NCBI GenBank assembly: GCA_046482575.1
Contig: JAWOEU010000035.1
Span: 1-59,578, forward strand
From: Fidelibacterota bacterium
GTDB lineage: Bacteria; Fidelibacterota; Fidelibacteria; Fidelibacterales; Fidelibacteraceae
Direction: 5' to 3'
Length of the DNA stretch: 59,578 nt
Shown: one piece after another, positions 37,704 through 51,507 of the stretch
How positions within the stretch are numbered: position 1 is the first letter of the stretch
How the letters are laid out: the number at the start of each line of letters is the position of its first letter
Notes under the pieces: generated by a model
The model's input: only the letters and a program-made list of their open reading frames with translations
Told to the model about the DNA's origin: nothing
Databases searched by the model: none
Translations under genes and position numbers: made by a program

Positions 37704-37782
37704 ATATCTTCGTTTTAATCAGCCGATGTAAGCCATTACGATGCAAAGAAAGAGAATTCTGTTATTTTGAGCGGATCATTGA

Positions 37783-40305
37783 TCAGAATTCATCTCCGCC
37801 GTCAATATTGAATTCATCATCATCAAAACCGTTTCCCCCGTTCTGCCTTTTGTTTTTATAATTATTTATCTTCAATGATAAATTCAGTGATATCATCGGA
37901 GCATCCCGGTAGAATTCCGAGGTTGTAATATAATCCGGAGTTTCAACTACCCGCCGGTAATATCCGGTGCCGAAAATATCACGCACTTGCAACGTTGCCG
38001 TAAGTTTATCCCTGAAAAAATCCTGACGCAAAGCGAAATCTGTCATTAATCCTCCGGAACGTGTTCCCTGAGCGCTTGCGCTCCTGCTGCGGTAACGCAG
38101 GCCGAACTGAATGCGGGTATCATCCTTTATCATAAAGGTGTTTCGTATACGTGCGTTGTAATTGGTGCTTTTTTCATCAAAATTCTCACCATACAATTCT
38201 CCGGAAACCTTATAATGATACAGGTTTGTGCTGAGATTAAGCATCCACCATTTATAAATAGTCATATTGGTCATCAGTTCTATGCCCAGCGAACGATCCT
38301 GACCGACATTTTCATAAGTGTTCAATATGACATCATCAGCGTATACCGTTTGAATACGTTCGATCTTGTCATGGGTTTTTTTATAATAGGCATCCAGAGA
38401 AATGAAACTTTTCCCGAACCGTTTCTGTACACTGAAATCATAGGAGTCACTCATCTCGGGAACAAGATCAGGATTTCCGATACGAATATTGTAGGTATCC
38501 CACCACGTGTAAAACGGTTCCAGCTGCCAGCCGCGGGGACGTGATATGCGCCGCGTATAACTTGCCATCAGCTGGATTTGTGCAGGCAGTTGATATGACG
38601 CGTGTAAAGTCGGAAAAAGATGCAGGCGGTCAAGCACGAAAGCGGAATCCTGTGCGGAGCTGTTGATCTCACGATAGGTATATTCCGCCCGCAACCCGGG
38701 CTGAAATCCGAAACGGCCGATCTCACCGGAAAACAGAGAGTAGAAAGATATACGGTTCTGTTTTGATCTTGTCAGATAACTGTAATCATCCTGCTGTTCA
38801 AATTCACCGTTTTCCGTGTTCAGATAATAAACGTTATTTTCATCTTCTTTCCAGTTGAAACGGCCGTCAAAGCCGGCTTCAAACATGTTATCCTCGCCCA
38901 GCGGCAGCATATACTCGATCTTGGTACGGATACCGTTCGAAGGGCCCTGTTCTTCCGTTTTTTGTCCTTCGGTAGTGTCCTCAAGTTCATCCACGAGATA
39001 GGTATATGAGAATTCATCCGAATTCCAGGTGGAATATGAAGAATTGATCTTTATCTGATGAACACGGGAAGAACCGTTTTGTTCTTTCTTGCCAGAATTT
39101 TTACCTTCCGGAGAGCTTTTATTCTCCTTTGTGCCGTTGAATTTATGCGTATAATCAACATTAATACTGCTTCGCCCGCCTCCGCGTTCACTGATGTCAT
39201 AACTGTTATAATAATCCGAGTAATAAATCGTTTCATCAAGCGGATTTATATAAGAAATATTATAGGCATTGCCTGAACTTCTCTCCGAACCCCGTAAGCC
39301 ATAATATGCACTTACGCCAAGAACATCATTTTTACTGATAAACCAGTCAAGTCCCCCGCGCAGTCCGTACCCGCCGCGTGTATGTTCCCGGCTTCCCTCA
39401 GAGTCAAAGATCGCTGTGGTATCAGGATAGAATAATTCCCGGACAACATGTGATTCTCCCGAAAAATTGCGCTGCCGGTAATTAACGGAAGCGTAAGTGT
39501 TTATTTTTTCACCGGTATAATTCAGTAAAAGACTTCCGCCCAGACTATTCGTTCCGGCGTTGAGATCGGCAATACCGTTAATACCCAGGCGTTTATCGCG
39601 ACGGGTAACAAGATTAATGATCCCGGCACCACCCTCCGCCTCATATTTGGCGGAAGCATTGGTCATGATCTCAATATTTTCAATAGAGCTTGCAGGAAGG
39701 CTTTCCAGAGCGTCCTGAGGTTCGAGCACGGAAGGTCTCCCGTCGATCATCACAGTGAAATTTTCACTGCCGCGGAGAGATACATTCCCTTCAATATCCA
39801 CATCAACAGAAGGAACATTTTCCAGTATATCGACCGCTGTACCGCCCTGTGCACTGAGAAACTGCTGGGCATCCACAACGCGTTTATCGATCCTGTAGGT
39901 AACCGAGGGTTTTTCGGCGGAAACCACCACATCCTCAAGCTCCAGAGCTCTGGAAGTGAGTCTGATATCTCCGATCTTTATGGACTGTTCTTTATCCCTG
40001 ATAACCACATCGGGTATCGTTTTCCGCTCATAACCCATATAGGTGACGACAAGATTAAAGTTTCCCTCGGGGATATTGAAAATACGGAAGCTTCCGTCAA
40101 AGCCGGACATGGTCCCGGTTACCACCTCATCGTCCGGAATATTATGAAGGGCGATGTTGGCAAATTCAAGAGCTTCACCGGTCTCATTATCTTTTACATA
40201 ACCCGAAACCGTTGCTGCAGGCAATACGCCGCTTATCATTGTCAGAAAGAGAATCATTAAAAATTTTTTCATTACTGTGCCTTTTTGTTCCTGATAGTTT
40301 GACAC
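37783..40305 (-). CDS. TonB-dependent receptor with N-terminal carboxypeptidase-regulatory-like domain
   Basis: Signal peptide, VSGYVKDNETGEALEFANI (CarbopepD_reg-type), a plug region, and a long barrel that ends in F. Confidence 0.88.
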   Translation of the reverse strand: MSNYQEQKGTVMKKFLMILFLTMISGVLPAATVSGYVKDNETGEALEFANIALHNIPDDEVVTGTMSGFDGSFRIFNIPEGNFNLVVTYMGYERKTIPDVVIRDKEQSIKIGDIRLTSRALELEDVVVSAEKPSVTYRIDKRVVDAQQFLSAQGGTAVDILENVPSVDVDIEGNVSLRGSENFTVMIDGRPSVLEPQDALESLPASSIENIEIMTNASAKYEAEGGAGIINLVTRRDKRLGINGIADLNAGTNSLGGSLLLNYTGEKINTYASVNYRQRNFSGESHVVRELFYPDTTAIFDSEGSREHTRGGYGLRGGLDWFISKNDVLGVSAYYGLRGSERSSGNAYNISYINPLDETIYYSDYYNSYDISERGGGRSSINVDYTHKFNGTKENKSSPEGKNSGKKEQNGSSRVHQIKINSSYSTWNSDEFSYTYLVDELEDTTEGQKTEEQGPSNGIRTKIEYMLPLGEDNMFEAGFDGRFNWKEDENNVYYLNTENGEFEQQDDYSYLTRSKQNRISFYSLFSGEIGRFGFQPGLRAEYTYREINSSAQDSAFVLDRLHLFPTLHASYQLPAQIQLMASYTRRISRPRGWQLEPFYTWWDTYNIRIGNPDLVPEMSDSYDFSVQKRFGKSFISLDAYYKKTHDKIERIQTVYADDVILNTYENVGQDRSLGIELMTNMTIYKWWMLNLSTNLYHYKVSGELYGENFDEKSTNYNARIRNTFMIKDDTRIQFGLRYRSRSASAQGTRSGGLMTDFALRQDFFRDKLTATLQVRDIFGTGYYRRVVETPDYITTSEFYRDAPMISLNLSLKINNYKNKRQNGGNGFDDDEFNIDGGDEF

Positions 40306-40343
40306 GGAAGGGTTGGAAAAGTTAACAAAAGTTTTTTACTTAT

Positions 40344-41144
40344 CTATAGGGATAAAATAGCGTCTTTTTCAATGTCTTTAAAATAGTTAACGGTACCGAC
40401 CTTGAGCTCCATGGTCGCCTCATCATCACAAACGATCATACCGCGCGGATGCATCTGAAGTGCGGAAACTGTCCACATATGATTAATGCCTTCTTCAACC
40501 ACATGTTTTAAGGCACGTGCTTTTTTATATCCGTTGACCAGAATAAGCACTTCATCCGCATCCATTACCGTACCCACCCCGACGGTTAATGCCTGTTTCG
40601 GTACGCAGTCGATCTTATTGTCGAAAAAACGCGAATTTGCCAGGATCGTATCGAATGTCAGGGATTTGATGCGCGTACGCGAGCGCAATGAAGAACCGGG
40701 CTCATTGAACGCAATATGCCCGTCCGGACCGATGCCGCCGAGAAAAAGATTAATTCCGCCGCAGGCCTTTATTTTATCTTCGTAATCCCGGCATTCGCGC
40801 CCGGGATCTTCGGCATTTCCATTTAAAATATTAGTGTTTTCATGCTTGATATCAATATGCTGAAAAAAGTTGTGATGCATAAAATAATGATAACTTTCGG
40901 GATGATCTTCCGGAAGACCGATATATTCATCCATATTGAAAGTGACAACATGTTCAAAAGAAATTTTTCCGGCCTTATGGAGGGAAATAAGTTTACGATA
41001 GACACCAAGAGGAGAAGAACCTGTCGGCAGACCCAATACAAAAGGACGGTCTTTTGACGGTTGAAATTCATGAATGCGCCGTGCAATATGCTCCGCGGCG
41101 AACACACTCAATTTATCGTAGTTCTCTGTTATAACAACACGCAT
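40344..41144 (-). CDS. nagB: Glucosamine-6-phosphate deaminase
   Basis: Near-colinear with E. coli NagB (MRxxxL..., [52 protein letters not shown]). The ATG at 41144 matches the NagB N-terminus, and the track start at 41153 is a GTG. Confidence 0.95.
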   Translation of the reverse strand: MRVVITENYDKLSVFAAEHIARRIHEFQPSKDRPFVLGLPTGSSPLGVYRKLISLHKAGKISFEHVVTFNMDEYIGLPEDHPESYHYFMHHNFFQHIDIKHENTNILNGNAEDPGRECRDYEDKIKACGGINLFLGGIGPDGHIAFNEPGSSLRSRTRIKSLTFDTILANSRFFDNKIDCVPKQALTVGVGTVMDADEVLILVNGYKKARALKHVVEEGINHMWTVSALQMHPRGMIVCDDEATMELKVGTVNYFKDIEKDAILSL

Positions 41145-41517
41145 TGTTAACACCTCTTATAAAAATATTTTGACTTCTTAAAAAGCTTTCAAAGATAGCA
41201 TAGAGAAAAGAGAATGAAAACATTTATTTCTCCCTTCAGGTAAACGAAAAGTTAACGGGATCATCAAAAAATCGGCGATAAAAAAACCGGTAAAAAACGC
41301 AGAACAGAAAAGATTTTCAGGCCCGTCATTCCGGCCCCGTCATCACCGTTCCGGCTAACTCTTCTCCGGTGCGGAGAAAAGCGGCAATTACTCGTCCGCT
41401 TCGTACCCGGGCATATTTTCCTTTCTTCAGAGAACTATTTATTTCCGGCAGATATGATTTTACAATTGTATTAATCAGCAGCATATTATATCTTTCAGCA
41501 TAAAAAAATCAGGTGTT

Positions 41518-42969
41518 ATGATGGATAAAATAACAGAAAGAATTTTAGACATTTTCAAGCAAATTTCACAGATTCCGCGGGAATCCAAGCATGAACAGGA
41601 AATATCCGCCTGGCTTGTCAAATGGGCGGAAAAACACGGGATCTATGTAAAAACAGACGATGTGATGAATGTGATCATGCGTGTTCCGGCAACGCCGGGT
41701 TTTGAAGACCGGCCGATTGTGGTATTACAGGGACATATGGATATGGTTTGTGAAAAAGCGGAAGGTTCCCGGCATGATTTCAGCAGGGACCCCATAGAGT
41801 TTGTATATGACGGCGATTGGCTTCATGCGAATAAAACCACTCTGGGAGCCGACAACGGTGTGGCAATTGCTTATGCTCTTGCTGTGGTGGAACTGGATGT
41901 GGCACATCCTGAAATGGAATTTCTTTTTACCGTGGATGAGGAAACCGGTCTTACCGGCGTCAGCGCCCTGAAACCGGATACTTTGAGGGGAAAGATCCTT
42001 CTGAATCTGGATTCCGATGATGAAGGGATCTTTACTATCGGCTGCTGCGGGGGAGTGGACACAAAAATCTGGTTTCCGTTAAATTATGAGCCTCTGCATG
42101 AAGATGATGCCGTTTATACGCTGACAGTCAGCGGTTGTCTGGGGGGACATAGTGGAACAGATATCGTAAAGCACCGTGCAAATGCGAACAAATTACTTGT
42201 CCGGACACTCTGGGCGTTATATGAAGCATTGCCGATGCGCCTGATCAGTATGAGCGGAGGTACGGCACACAATGCCATTCCCCGTGATGCACAGGCAAAG
42301 ATCGCAATTCCCGCCCATACGGAAAAAACGGCAAAAAACATCCTTGATGAAAGCGTGGAAATATTCAGAAATGAATATAAAACTTTTGAAAAAAACATAC
42401 GCGGCAGTCTGAAGATATCCAAAAAAGAAAAGGCGGGAATAACCGATGTTCTGGCTGAACGCATTCTGCGTTTCATGCTGGCGTTCCCCAACGGCATCGA
42501 AGAACTGGATCCGTCTGTTTACAGCGGGAATAAACTTATTGCCGAAACGTCAAACAATTTTGCCGTTATCCGCACGGAAGATAATGCCGTCCGTATTCTG
42601 TCCAGCCAGCGTAGTCAGGTAATGTCCGCGCGCGACATGCTGACCCGGAAAATAGAAATGCTGGCATATCTTGCGGGAGCGGAATTCAAAAGCGGAAACG
42701 GGTATTCTTCCTGGCAGCCTGACTGGGATTCCGGACTTTTAGCCATTTCCAAAAAGGTTTATAAGGATCATTTCGGAGAAACGCCAAAAGTTAATGTCGT
42801 CCACGGGGGACTTGAGTGCGGTGTTCTCGGGGCAAAACATAAAGGTATGGAAATGATCTCTTTCGGACCCACCATTGAAAATGCGCATTCTCCCGATGAG
42901 CGGCTTTATATTCCTTCGGTGAAAAAGGTCTGGGATTTTTTAACGCAGCTTCTGAAAACACTGAAATGA
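41518..42969 (+). CDS. pepD: Aminoacyl-histidine dipeptidase (PepD, M20C)
   Basis: IPRES.HE, LQGHMDMV, FTVDEETGLTG and HGGLECG motifs. Confidence 0.92.
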   Translation: MMDKITERILDIFKQISQIPRESKHEQEISAWLVKWAEKHGIYVKTDDVMNVIMRVPATPGFEDRPIVVLQGHMDMVCEKAEGSRHDFSRDPIEFVYDGDWLHANKTTLGADNGVAIAYALAVVELDVAHPEMEFLFTVDEETGLTGVSALKPDTLRGKILLNLDSDDEGIFTIGCCGGVDTKIWFPLNYEPLHEDDAVYTLTVSGCLGGHSGTDIVKHRANANKLLVRTLWALYEALPMRLISMSGGTAHNAIPRDAQAKIAIPAHTEKTAKNILDESVEIFRNEYKTFEKNIRGSLKISKKEKAGITDVLAERILRFMLAFPNGIEELDPSVYSGNKLIAETSNNFAVIRTEDNAVRILSSQRSQVMSARDMLTRKIEMLAYLAGAEFKSGNGYSSWQPDWDSGLLAISKKVYKDHFGETPKVNVVHGGLECGVLGAKHKGMEMISFGPTIENAHSPDERLYIPSVKKVWDFLTQLLKTLK

Positions 42970-42986
42970 AAAGGTAAAGGTCAATT

Positions 42987-43277
42987 ATGCCGATATCACG
43001 CGAAGAAGTGAAACACATTGCTTCATTGGCTCGTCTTAAACTAAGCGAAGAAGAGATAACCCTGTATTCCAGGCAGCTAAGTGATATCATCACCTATGTT
43101 GATAAGCTGAAAGAGCTTAATGTTGACGATGTAAAGACCATGAGTCATGTGCTGGATATGGTAAACGTTTTGCGCGAAGATAAGGGACTTCCTTCTTTGA
43201 GCAGAAAAGATGTAATGAAGAACGCTCCGTCGCATGATGATGAGAACTTTAAGGTACCCCGCGTAATTAAAGGATAA
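42987..43277 (+). CDS. gatC: Asp/Glu-tRNA amidotransferase subunit C
   Basis: 96 aa with I.REEVKHIA.LARL.LSEEE and a C-terminal ...F.VP.V. Confidence 0.9.
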   Translation: MPISREEVKHIASLARLKLSEEEITLYSRQLSDIITYVDKLKELNVDDVKTMSHVLDMVNVLREDKGLPSLSRKDVMKNAPSHDDENFKVPRVIKG

Positions 43278-45481
<2,204 letters not shown>

Positions 45482-45483
45482 AA

Positions 45484-46011
45484 ATGAAATATAAATATTT
45501 TATCGTGCTTTTTGCAATATTGCTTTTCTCCTGCACCGAAACCGAGAACTATACCGGTTTGTATGAAGGACGTGTTCCCGATCAGGAAATATGGAATACA
45601 ATGGTAACGGTAAGCCGTTCCGGAGAAGTAAGTTCAAAAATCTATGCGACGCATCTGGTAAAGTACGAGGATACGAGGGACATGGTTATCCGGGACAGTA
45701 TGCGTATTGATTTTTACAAGGACGGAAAACATACATCCTATCTGACTGCCGACAGCGGCCTGGTTAATGAAAAAAAAGAGAATATAGTGGCGATCGGGAA
45801 TGTCGTTATGGTATCCGACAGCGGTTTTACGGCTTATACGGACAGCCTTTTCTGGATCAATGACAGCAATAAGGTCTATACCAATAGCGCTATCCAGATA
45901 TTTTCCGAAGACGATACCTTGTACGGGACAGATTTTGTCAGCGATACAAAATTCGAAAACTGGACGATCTACAATCCGCTTGGTAAAACATATCGCCGGC
46001 TTGACGAATAA
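45484..46011 (+). CDS. lptC: LptC-like LPS export protein (lipoprotein-type signal)
   Basis: The size, beta-jellyroll-like sequence style and kdsC-lptC-lptB-rpoN synteny support the call. Lipobox LLFSC. The assignment rests mainly on context. Confidence 0.55.
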   Translation: MKYKYFIVLFAILLFSCTETENYTGLYEGRVPDQEIWNTMVTVSRSGEVSSKIYATHLVKYEDTRDMVIRDSMRIDFYKDGKHTSYLTADSGLVNEKKENIVAIGNVVMVSDSGFTAYTDSLFWINDSNKVYTNSAIQIFSEDDTLYGTDFVSDTKFENWTIYNPLGKTYRRLDE

Positions 46012-46120
46012 CGCGGTTTTTTTGCTGATCTGACGGTTATTCTGTATCGGCTGCCACATTTTCCCGTTCACACTTTGCAAAATCGAACATTCTCGTTATA
46101 TTTCTCCTGAGGAAAAAATT

Positions 46121-46849
46121 ATGGCAACATTGCGAGCAGAAAAACTGGTGAAAGTCTACGGCCGGAGGAAGGTCGTAAACGCAATTGACCTTGAAGCCAA
46201 AACCGGCGAGATCGTCGGGCTTTTGGGTCCCAACGGAGCAGGGAAAACCACCACTTTCTATATGATAACAGGCATGATACGACCGCGTTCCGGACATATA
46301 TATCTGGACGGTGAGGATATTACCTCATTAGCGATGTACAAGCGTGCACAGCTTGGAATTGGTTACCTTCCTCAGGAAGCATCCGTTTTCAGAAAATTAT
46401 CCGTTGAGGATAATCTTCGTCTTGTACTGGAAATGTTTCATAAAGACAAAAAAATCATTCGCGATAGGATCGATACCCTGATCAAAGAATTCAAATTGGA
46501 AGAAGTTCGTAAAAACAAAGGTTTTTCACTTAGCGGAGGAGAGCGCCGGCGTACGGAAATAGCAAGAGCACTTGCGACGGACCCGAAATTCATTCTTTTA
46601 GATGAACCTTTTGCCGGTATAGATCCCATTGCCGTTGAAGATATCCAGGAAATGGTCGCAGAACTTAAAAATAAAGGTATTGGCGTTATCATTACTGATC
46701 ATAATGTACATGAGACCCTTTCCATTACCGATCACTCCTATCTCCTGTACCAGGGTACGATACTGAAGGCGGGAAGCGGAGAATTTCTGGCAAATGATCC
46801 GGAAGCGCGCCGCCTGTACCTGGGTGCGAAATTCAAGCTTGACCGATAA
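46121..46849 (+). CDS. lptB: LPS export ABC transporter ATP-binding protein
   Basis: GPNGAGKTT, LSGGERRR and ILLDEPFAGIDP motifs. It lies directly upstream of rpoN. Confidence 0.93.
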   Translation: MATLRAEKLVKVYGRRKVVNAIDLEAKTGEIVGLLGPNGAGKTTTFYMITGMIRPRSGHIYLDGEDITSLAMYKRAQLGIGYLPQEASVFRKLSVEDNLRLVLEMFHKDKKIIRDRIDTLIKEFKLEEVRKNKGFSLSGGERRRTEIARALATDPKFILLDEPFAGIDPIAVEDIQEMVAELKNKGIGVIITDHNVHETLSITDHSYLLYQGTILKAGSGEFLANDPEARRLYLGAKFKLDR

Positions 46850-46851
46850 AG

Positions 46852-48207
46852 ATGAAGCAAAGATTAGTACAAAAGCAGATTCAGAAACTTGCGCCCATGC
46901 AGCTCATGCTTGCCCGTCTTTCGCAATTGGGTCAGATGGATCTGGAACGTGCTGTGGTAAAAGAAGTGGAAAAAAACCCCCTGCTGGAGATGGAAGACGA
47001 TACACAGGGAACAAATGAGAAACAAACGTATCAGGATGACCCCGAACTTGAATTTCAGGGTGACCGCTTTTCATCATCCCATTATTGGGGAAGAGAAATA
47101 GATCCCGCAGAACTGCAGCAGGAAGACGAGCTGGATTTTTTCGAACGGCTGCTTGTTCAGGTCCGGGAATCGGGGTTGCCGGAAGAGGACCTGCCGCTTG
47201 CCGAGCAAATTATCGGAAGCCTGGATGAAAATGGTTTTTTGAGAGACACGCCGCTGGAGAACATCGCCTACAAATTTTCCGTTCCTTATGAACATGCCGA
47301 AGAAATTTTGCGCAGTATTCAGGAAACGGGACCTCCCGGCATAGCGGCGCGTGATCTGAAAGAATGCATGCTTTTACAGCTAAAAGCACATCATGAGGAA
47401 CCCTTTGTCATTGATATCATTAAAAAACACTACGATGATTTTGCGGCCGGCAAATATGAAAAGATCCGCAGGGAACTTGATATTAGTGAAAACGAGATGC
47501 TGTATGCGCGAAAACAAATAGCAAAACTGAATCCCAAACCGGCAGCGGGACATACCGATTATTTGAAAAAAAGTATTATTCCGGATATTATTCTGAGCAA
47601 GAAGAACGGTAATTTCTATATTTCTCTCAATGAAACAGGCACCCCGGGGGTTCGCTTATCACCGACCTACCTGAAAATGCTTGATAACGGCGATCTGGAC
47701 CGTGATACAAAACGCTATCTGGACAGTCATAAACAAGCGGCGAGTTTGTTCATTCAGGCGATCGAACAGCGAAAGCGCTCCATTCTTGCCGTTGCACGCG
47801 CCATCGTGAATCGCCAGCGCGATTTTTTACTGGATAGAAGAGAGTATCCCGAACCTATGGTGATGAAGGAAGTGGCCGCCGATACCGGACTGGATGTTTC
47901 CACAATCTCACGCATTGCCAACGGAAAATATATGCAGACCCCGGACGGCATATATGAGCTAAGATATTTTTTCAGTGAAAAAGCCGGGCGCAGTGATGCT
48001 GTGAGTTCATCAACGCGCGATCTCGAAAAAGATCTTTTGAAAATTGTGGAGAAGGAAAAGAAAAGCAAACCTCTCAGTGACGAACAATTGCGTGAGGAAT
48101 TAATGAAAAAAGGATATCATATCGCTCGCAGGACAGTAAGCAAATACCGGGAAAAACTGCATATTCCCACTTCCCGTGAGCGGCGCAAAAAAAAGGATAG
48201 ATCATGA
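46852..48207 (+). CDS. rpoN: RNA polymerase sigma-54 factor
   Basis: Region I (Q/L-rich), HTH, and RpoN box [10 protein letters not shown]. Confidence 0.95.
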   Translation: MKQRLVQKQIQKLAPMQLMLARLSQLGQMDLERAVVKEVEKNPLLEMEDDTQGTNEKQTYQDDPELEFQGDRFSSSHYWGREIDPAELQQEDELDFFERLLVQVRESGLPEEDLPLAEQIIGSLDENGFLRDTPLENIAYKFSVPYEHAEEILRSIQETGPPGIAARDLKECMLLQLKAHHEEPFVIDIIKKHYDDFAAGKYEKIRRELDISENEMLYARKQIAKLNPKPAAGHTDYLKKSIIPDIILSKKNGNFYISLNETGTPGVRLSPTYLKMLDNGDLDRDTKRYLDSHKQAASLFIQAIEQRKRSILAVARAIVNRQRDFLLDRREYPEPMVMKEVAADTGLDVSTISRIANGKYMQTPDGIYELRYFFSEKAGRSDAVSSSTRDLEKDLLKIVEKEKKSKPLSDEQLREELMKKGYHIARRTVSKYREKLHIPTSRERRKKKDRS

Positions 48208-48743
48208 AAAAAATATTAAGCACAACAATACTCGGTGTACACCGGAACGGGAAAGCTGCTATTGCCGGTGACGGACAGGTAACTCTCGGGAATACCGTTA
48301 TGCGGTCACAGACCGTGAAAGTGCGCAAATTATATAATAATAAAGTACTTGCCGGTTTTGCCGGTGCATCGGCAGACGCCTTCAGTCTTTTTGAAAAATT
48401 TGAAAATAAGATCAAAGAATATAAAGGAGATTTGACACGGGCGTCTGTGGAAATGACAAAGGAGTGGCGCCGGGACAAGTATCTGCAGAAACTGGAAGCA
48501 CTTCTTATTGTCATGGATAACAATAACGGTTATGTACTGAGCGGATCCGGCGATGTGATCGATTCCGATGATCATTTGTACGCCATCGGATCCGGGGGGC
48601 CGTATGCGCTTGCCGCCGCACGGGCTCTTATGCATAATACGGAATTAAATGCCGGAGAGATCGCAGAAAAAAGCCTGCAGATAGCATCGTCAATATGTAT
48701 ATACACGAATGAAAATATAACAGTAATGGAGCTGGGTGAATGA
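48204..48743 (+). CDS. hslV: ATP-dependent protease subunit HslV
   Basis: [20 protein letters not shown] and [13 protein letters not shown] motifs. ATGA overlap with rpoN. Confidence 0.95.
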   Translation: MKKILSTTILGVHRNGKAAIAGDGQVTLGNTVMRSQTVKVRKLYNNKVLAGFAGASADAFSLFEKFENKIKEYKGDLTRASVEMTKEWRRDKYLQKLEALLIVMDNNNGYVLSGSGDVIDSDDHLYAIGSGGPYALAAARALMHNTELNAGEIAEKSLQIASSICIYTNENITVMELGE

Positions 48744-50101
48744 AAGCATTGACACCAAGAGAAATTGTAGAAGAACTGGACCGTTTTGTAATTGGCCAGG
48801 ATAAGGCAAAGCGTTCGGTAGCGATTGCCTTGCGGAATCGCTGGCGGCGTCAGCAGGCTGATGAAAAAATAAGGAATGAAATACTGCCCAATAATATAAT
48901 TATGATCGGTCCCACCGGTGTGGGGAAGACCGAAATTGCACGCAGACTTGCGGCACTGGCACAATCGCCTTTTATTAAGGTTGAGGCCACTAAATTTACT
49001 GAAGTCGGTTATGTGGGACGCGATGTCGAATCCATTGTCCGCGATCTTACTTATATGGCTGTGGATATGGTGGAAAAAGAACATCAGGAACTGGTTAAAC
49101 AGCGAGCTGAGGAATTGGCGGATAACCGGATCATGGACCTGCTTTTTCCCGTTGAATCCCAGGAAAAAATTGATGAGCAGGAACGTACCCGGATAAACAA
49201 AACCCGGGACCGCCTGCGGACAATGTACGAAGAAGGGAAATTTGATGAACGCTATGTGGAAATTGAAGCTCCCGAAAAAAAACCGAATATTTCAGGTATT
49301 TCCGTGATGGGACCCACAGACGGAGGAATGGGAAGCGATATGATGGATAATCCGGGAGAATTCATAAATGAAGCTATGAGTTCTCTGCTGGGAAAGAAAA
49401 AAATGAAAAAGAGGAAAATGAAAGTACCGGAAGCCCGGAAGATCCTTTTGGAAGAAGAATCCCAGAAACTGATCGACCGGAATAAGGTTATTGAGGAAGC
49501 TCTTGACCGTGTTCAGCATCACGGCATTGTTTTTATTGATGAGATCGATAAGATCACACTCAGCAGTGAAAGCAAGGGAGCGGATGTCAGCCGCCAGGGA
49601 GTGCAGAGGGATTTGCTTCCGATCGTGGAAGGAAGCACCGTAAAGACCCGTTATGGTTTTATCAAGACCGACCATATACTTTTCATTGCATCGGGGGCTT
49701 TTCATACCAGTAAACCTTCAGACCTTATACCTGAAATGCAGGGACGTTTTCCTATCCGCGTTGAACTTGACAGTCTTACCACAAAAGATTTTGTAGATAT
49801 CCTCACCCATCCTCAAAATGCTCTGATAAAACAGTATCAGGCTCTTCTGCGTTCGGAAAATGTGAACCTTGTTTTTGAAAAAGCCGCAATAGGGGAAATT
49901 GCTCAAAAAGCAACGGAAGTTAATGATAAAACAGAGAATATCGGAGCCCGGCGTCTGCATACCATTATGACACAGATCCTGGATGATATAATGTTCAATG
50001 CTCCCGATGGCAGAAATAAGATCGTTATTACACCGGAACTTGTCCGTGAATCCCTCGAATCGATTGTCATGGATGATGACCTCAGCAGGTATATTTTATA
50101 A
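48740..50101 (+). CDS. hslU: ATP-dependent protease ATPase subunit HslU
   Basis: [29 protein letters not shown] and [11 protein letters not shown] motifs. Confidence 0.96.
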   Translation: MKALTPREIVEELDRFVIGQDKAKRSVAIALRNRWRRQQADEKIRNEILPNNIIMIGPTGVGKTEIARRLAALAQSPFIKVEATKFTEVGYVGRDVESIVRDLTYMAVDMVEKEHQELVKQRAEELADNRIMDLLFPVESQEKIDEQERTRINKTRDRLRTMYEEGKFDERYVEIEAPEKKPNISGISVMGPTDGGMGSDMMDNPGEFINEAMSSLLGKKKMKKRKMKVPEARKILLEEESQKLIDRNKVIEEALDRVQHHGIVFIDEIDKITLSSESKGADVSRQGVQRDLLPIVEGSTVKTRYGFIKTDHILFIASGAFHTSKPSDLIPEMQGRFPIRVELDSLTTKDFVDILTHPQNALIKQYQALLRSENVNLVFEKAAIGEIAQKATEVNDKTENIGARRLHTIMTQILDDIMFNAPDGRNKIVITPELVRESLESIVMDDDLSRYIL

Positions 50102-50631
50102 TGTTCTTACGTGATTTACGTCTCAAGATCTGGATCCACCACCTTCAGAGAAAAAAAAGGATCCTCTTTTTTCCGCGGCCGGTTAACCTGCAGAAGCAGA
50201 TCGCCGGGGTAAGAAAGATCTGTATCTGCATGCCGGATGATCATAAATTATTTTATGAGGCGAGATCCTGTATTAAAGAAATCCGCCAAAAAAATCTGCG
50301 GGTGACACTGGTCCTCAACAAAGATCTTGAACTTCTGGCCGAACATTCAGGTAAAACAAGTGTCTATCCCCATATATTAAAAAAACCTTTTCCCATACAT
50401 GAAAGCCAGCTTGAAGGGATCCCGTCCGGCTATGATATTGCGATAGACCTTTCTCTCCGGCCGACGGCGTTGACGGCCTATATCACCGGTACACGCGGTA
50501 AAAAACTGACGGCAGGTTTTAAAAGCGGGGATTTTGATCCGTTTTATACCGTATTGGTCAAACCATCGGATAATTACTATACATCGGTAATGACGATGCT
50601 TTCGCTGGCAGGACTTGTGGAACCGGAATAA
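50101..50631 (+). CDS. Hypothetical protein, faint resemblance to the N-terminal Rossmann half of GT9 heptosyltransferases
   Basis: TAATG overlap with hslU. The KICICMPDD... and YDIAIDLS...A..ITG...K..GF pattern is only suggestive. Confidence 0.45.
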   Translation: MFLRDLRLKIWIHHLQRKKRILFFPRPVNLQKQIAGVRKICICMPDDHKLFYEARSCIKEIRQKNLRVTLVLNKDLELLAEHSGKTSVYPHILKKPFPIHESQLEGIPSGYDIAIDLSLRPTALTAYITGTRGKKLTAGFKSGDFDPFYTVLVKPSDNYYTSVMTMLSLAGLVEPE

Positions 50632-50791
50632 ACTGTGGATCAAGGTTCGGATATAAGGGAAGAAGCAGGTTAACAATAAAAATACTTCAGATATATTTCC
50701 GGGTTAATAACATTAACTATCCCTTACACTACCCGTATCTTCACAATTACCGCCGTTCAATAAATAAGCAGATCAGCGGACCGCCATTATG

Positions 50792-51505
50792 TTAATCCAG
50801 TCCTGCAGCTTTTTTAATTTGCATGATCTCTTTATTGTTCAGTTTTTTCCATTTTCCCGGAGGAAGGTCATTGGCGGTGACGCCGGCAAAAAAATTACGG
50901 TGAAGACGAAAAACCTGTGTATTATAGTGACGAAATATTCGTTTCACCTCGCGCTTTTTTCCTTCACGCAGGATAACACGGAAATGCGTACGGTTTCGGT
51001 TCAGTGCTACGGCACTTCCCTGAACAAGATCCGCCTTGTCTTTCAGCGTAATACCCTTCGGCAATTCTTCTTCCAGAGGACCCTGCGGCGCACGATGCAG
51101 GAGCACTTCATATTCTTTTTCCACGCCATGGCCGGGATGTGTCAGACGATAATTCATATCACCGTCATCGGTAAACAACAGGACTCCGGTAGAATCTTTA
51201 TCCAGACGGCCGACGGGCATAACGTGCAGGACGTTGGGGAGCAATTGCATAACGGTTTGAGAGTGATGAGGATCTTTCCGGCTGGTGATAACCCCCCGGG
51301 GTTTATGTAATTTAATGTACGTATAGTGACTTTTTAAACTGACCGGTTCGCCATCGACCAGTATTTCTGAGTGTTCGGGATCAATGCGTACGCCGGGATT
51401 GGTGAACGTTTCGCCGTCAACCTGAACACGCCCCTGGAAAATGATCTCGTCACAGTTCCGGCGTGAATCCACTCCGCAGTGTGCTAAAAATTTATTTAAG
51501 CGCAT
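50792..51505 (-). CDS. rluB: Pseudouridine synthase, RsuA/RluB family
   Basis: S4 domain (MRLNKFLA..G..SRR) and catalytic GRLDKDSTGVLL. Confidence 0.9.
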   Translation of the reverse strand: MRLNKFLAHCGVDSRRNCDEIIFQGRVQVDGETFTNPGVRIDPEHSEILVDGEPVSLKSHYTYIKLHKPRGVITSRKDPHHSQTVMQLLPNVLHVMPVGRLDKDSTGVLLFTDDGDMNYRLTHPGHGVEKEYEVLLHRAPQGPLEEELPKGITLKDKADLVQGSAVALNRNRTHFRVILREGKKREVKRIFRHYNTQVFRLHRNFFAGVTANDLPPGKWKKLNNKEIMQIKKAAGLD

Positions 51506-51507
51506 AA

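Noticed and set aside
41154-41517. Possible ncRNA in the 364-nt nagB/pepD divergent region (short repeats CCCGTCAT x2, TTCCGGC x2, hairpin TTCTCCG-GTG-CGGAGAA)
   Set aside because: I recognised no motifs of known RNA families (SRP, tmRNA, 6S or riboswitch cores). The repeats are short enough to arise by chance, and the region probably holds divergent promoters.
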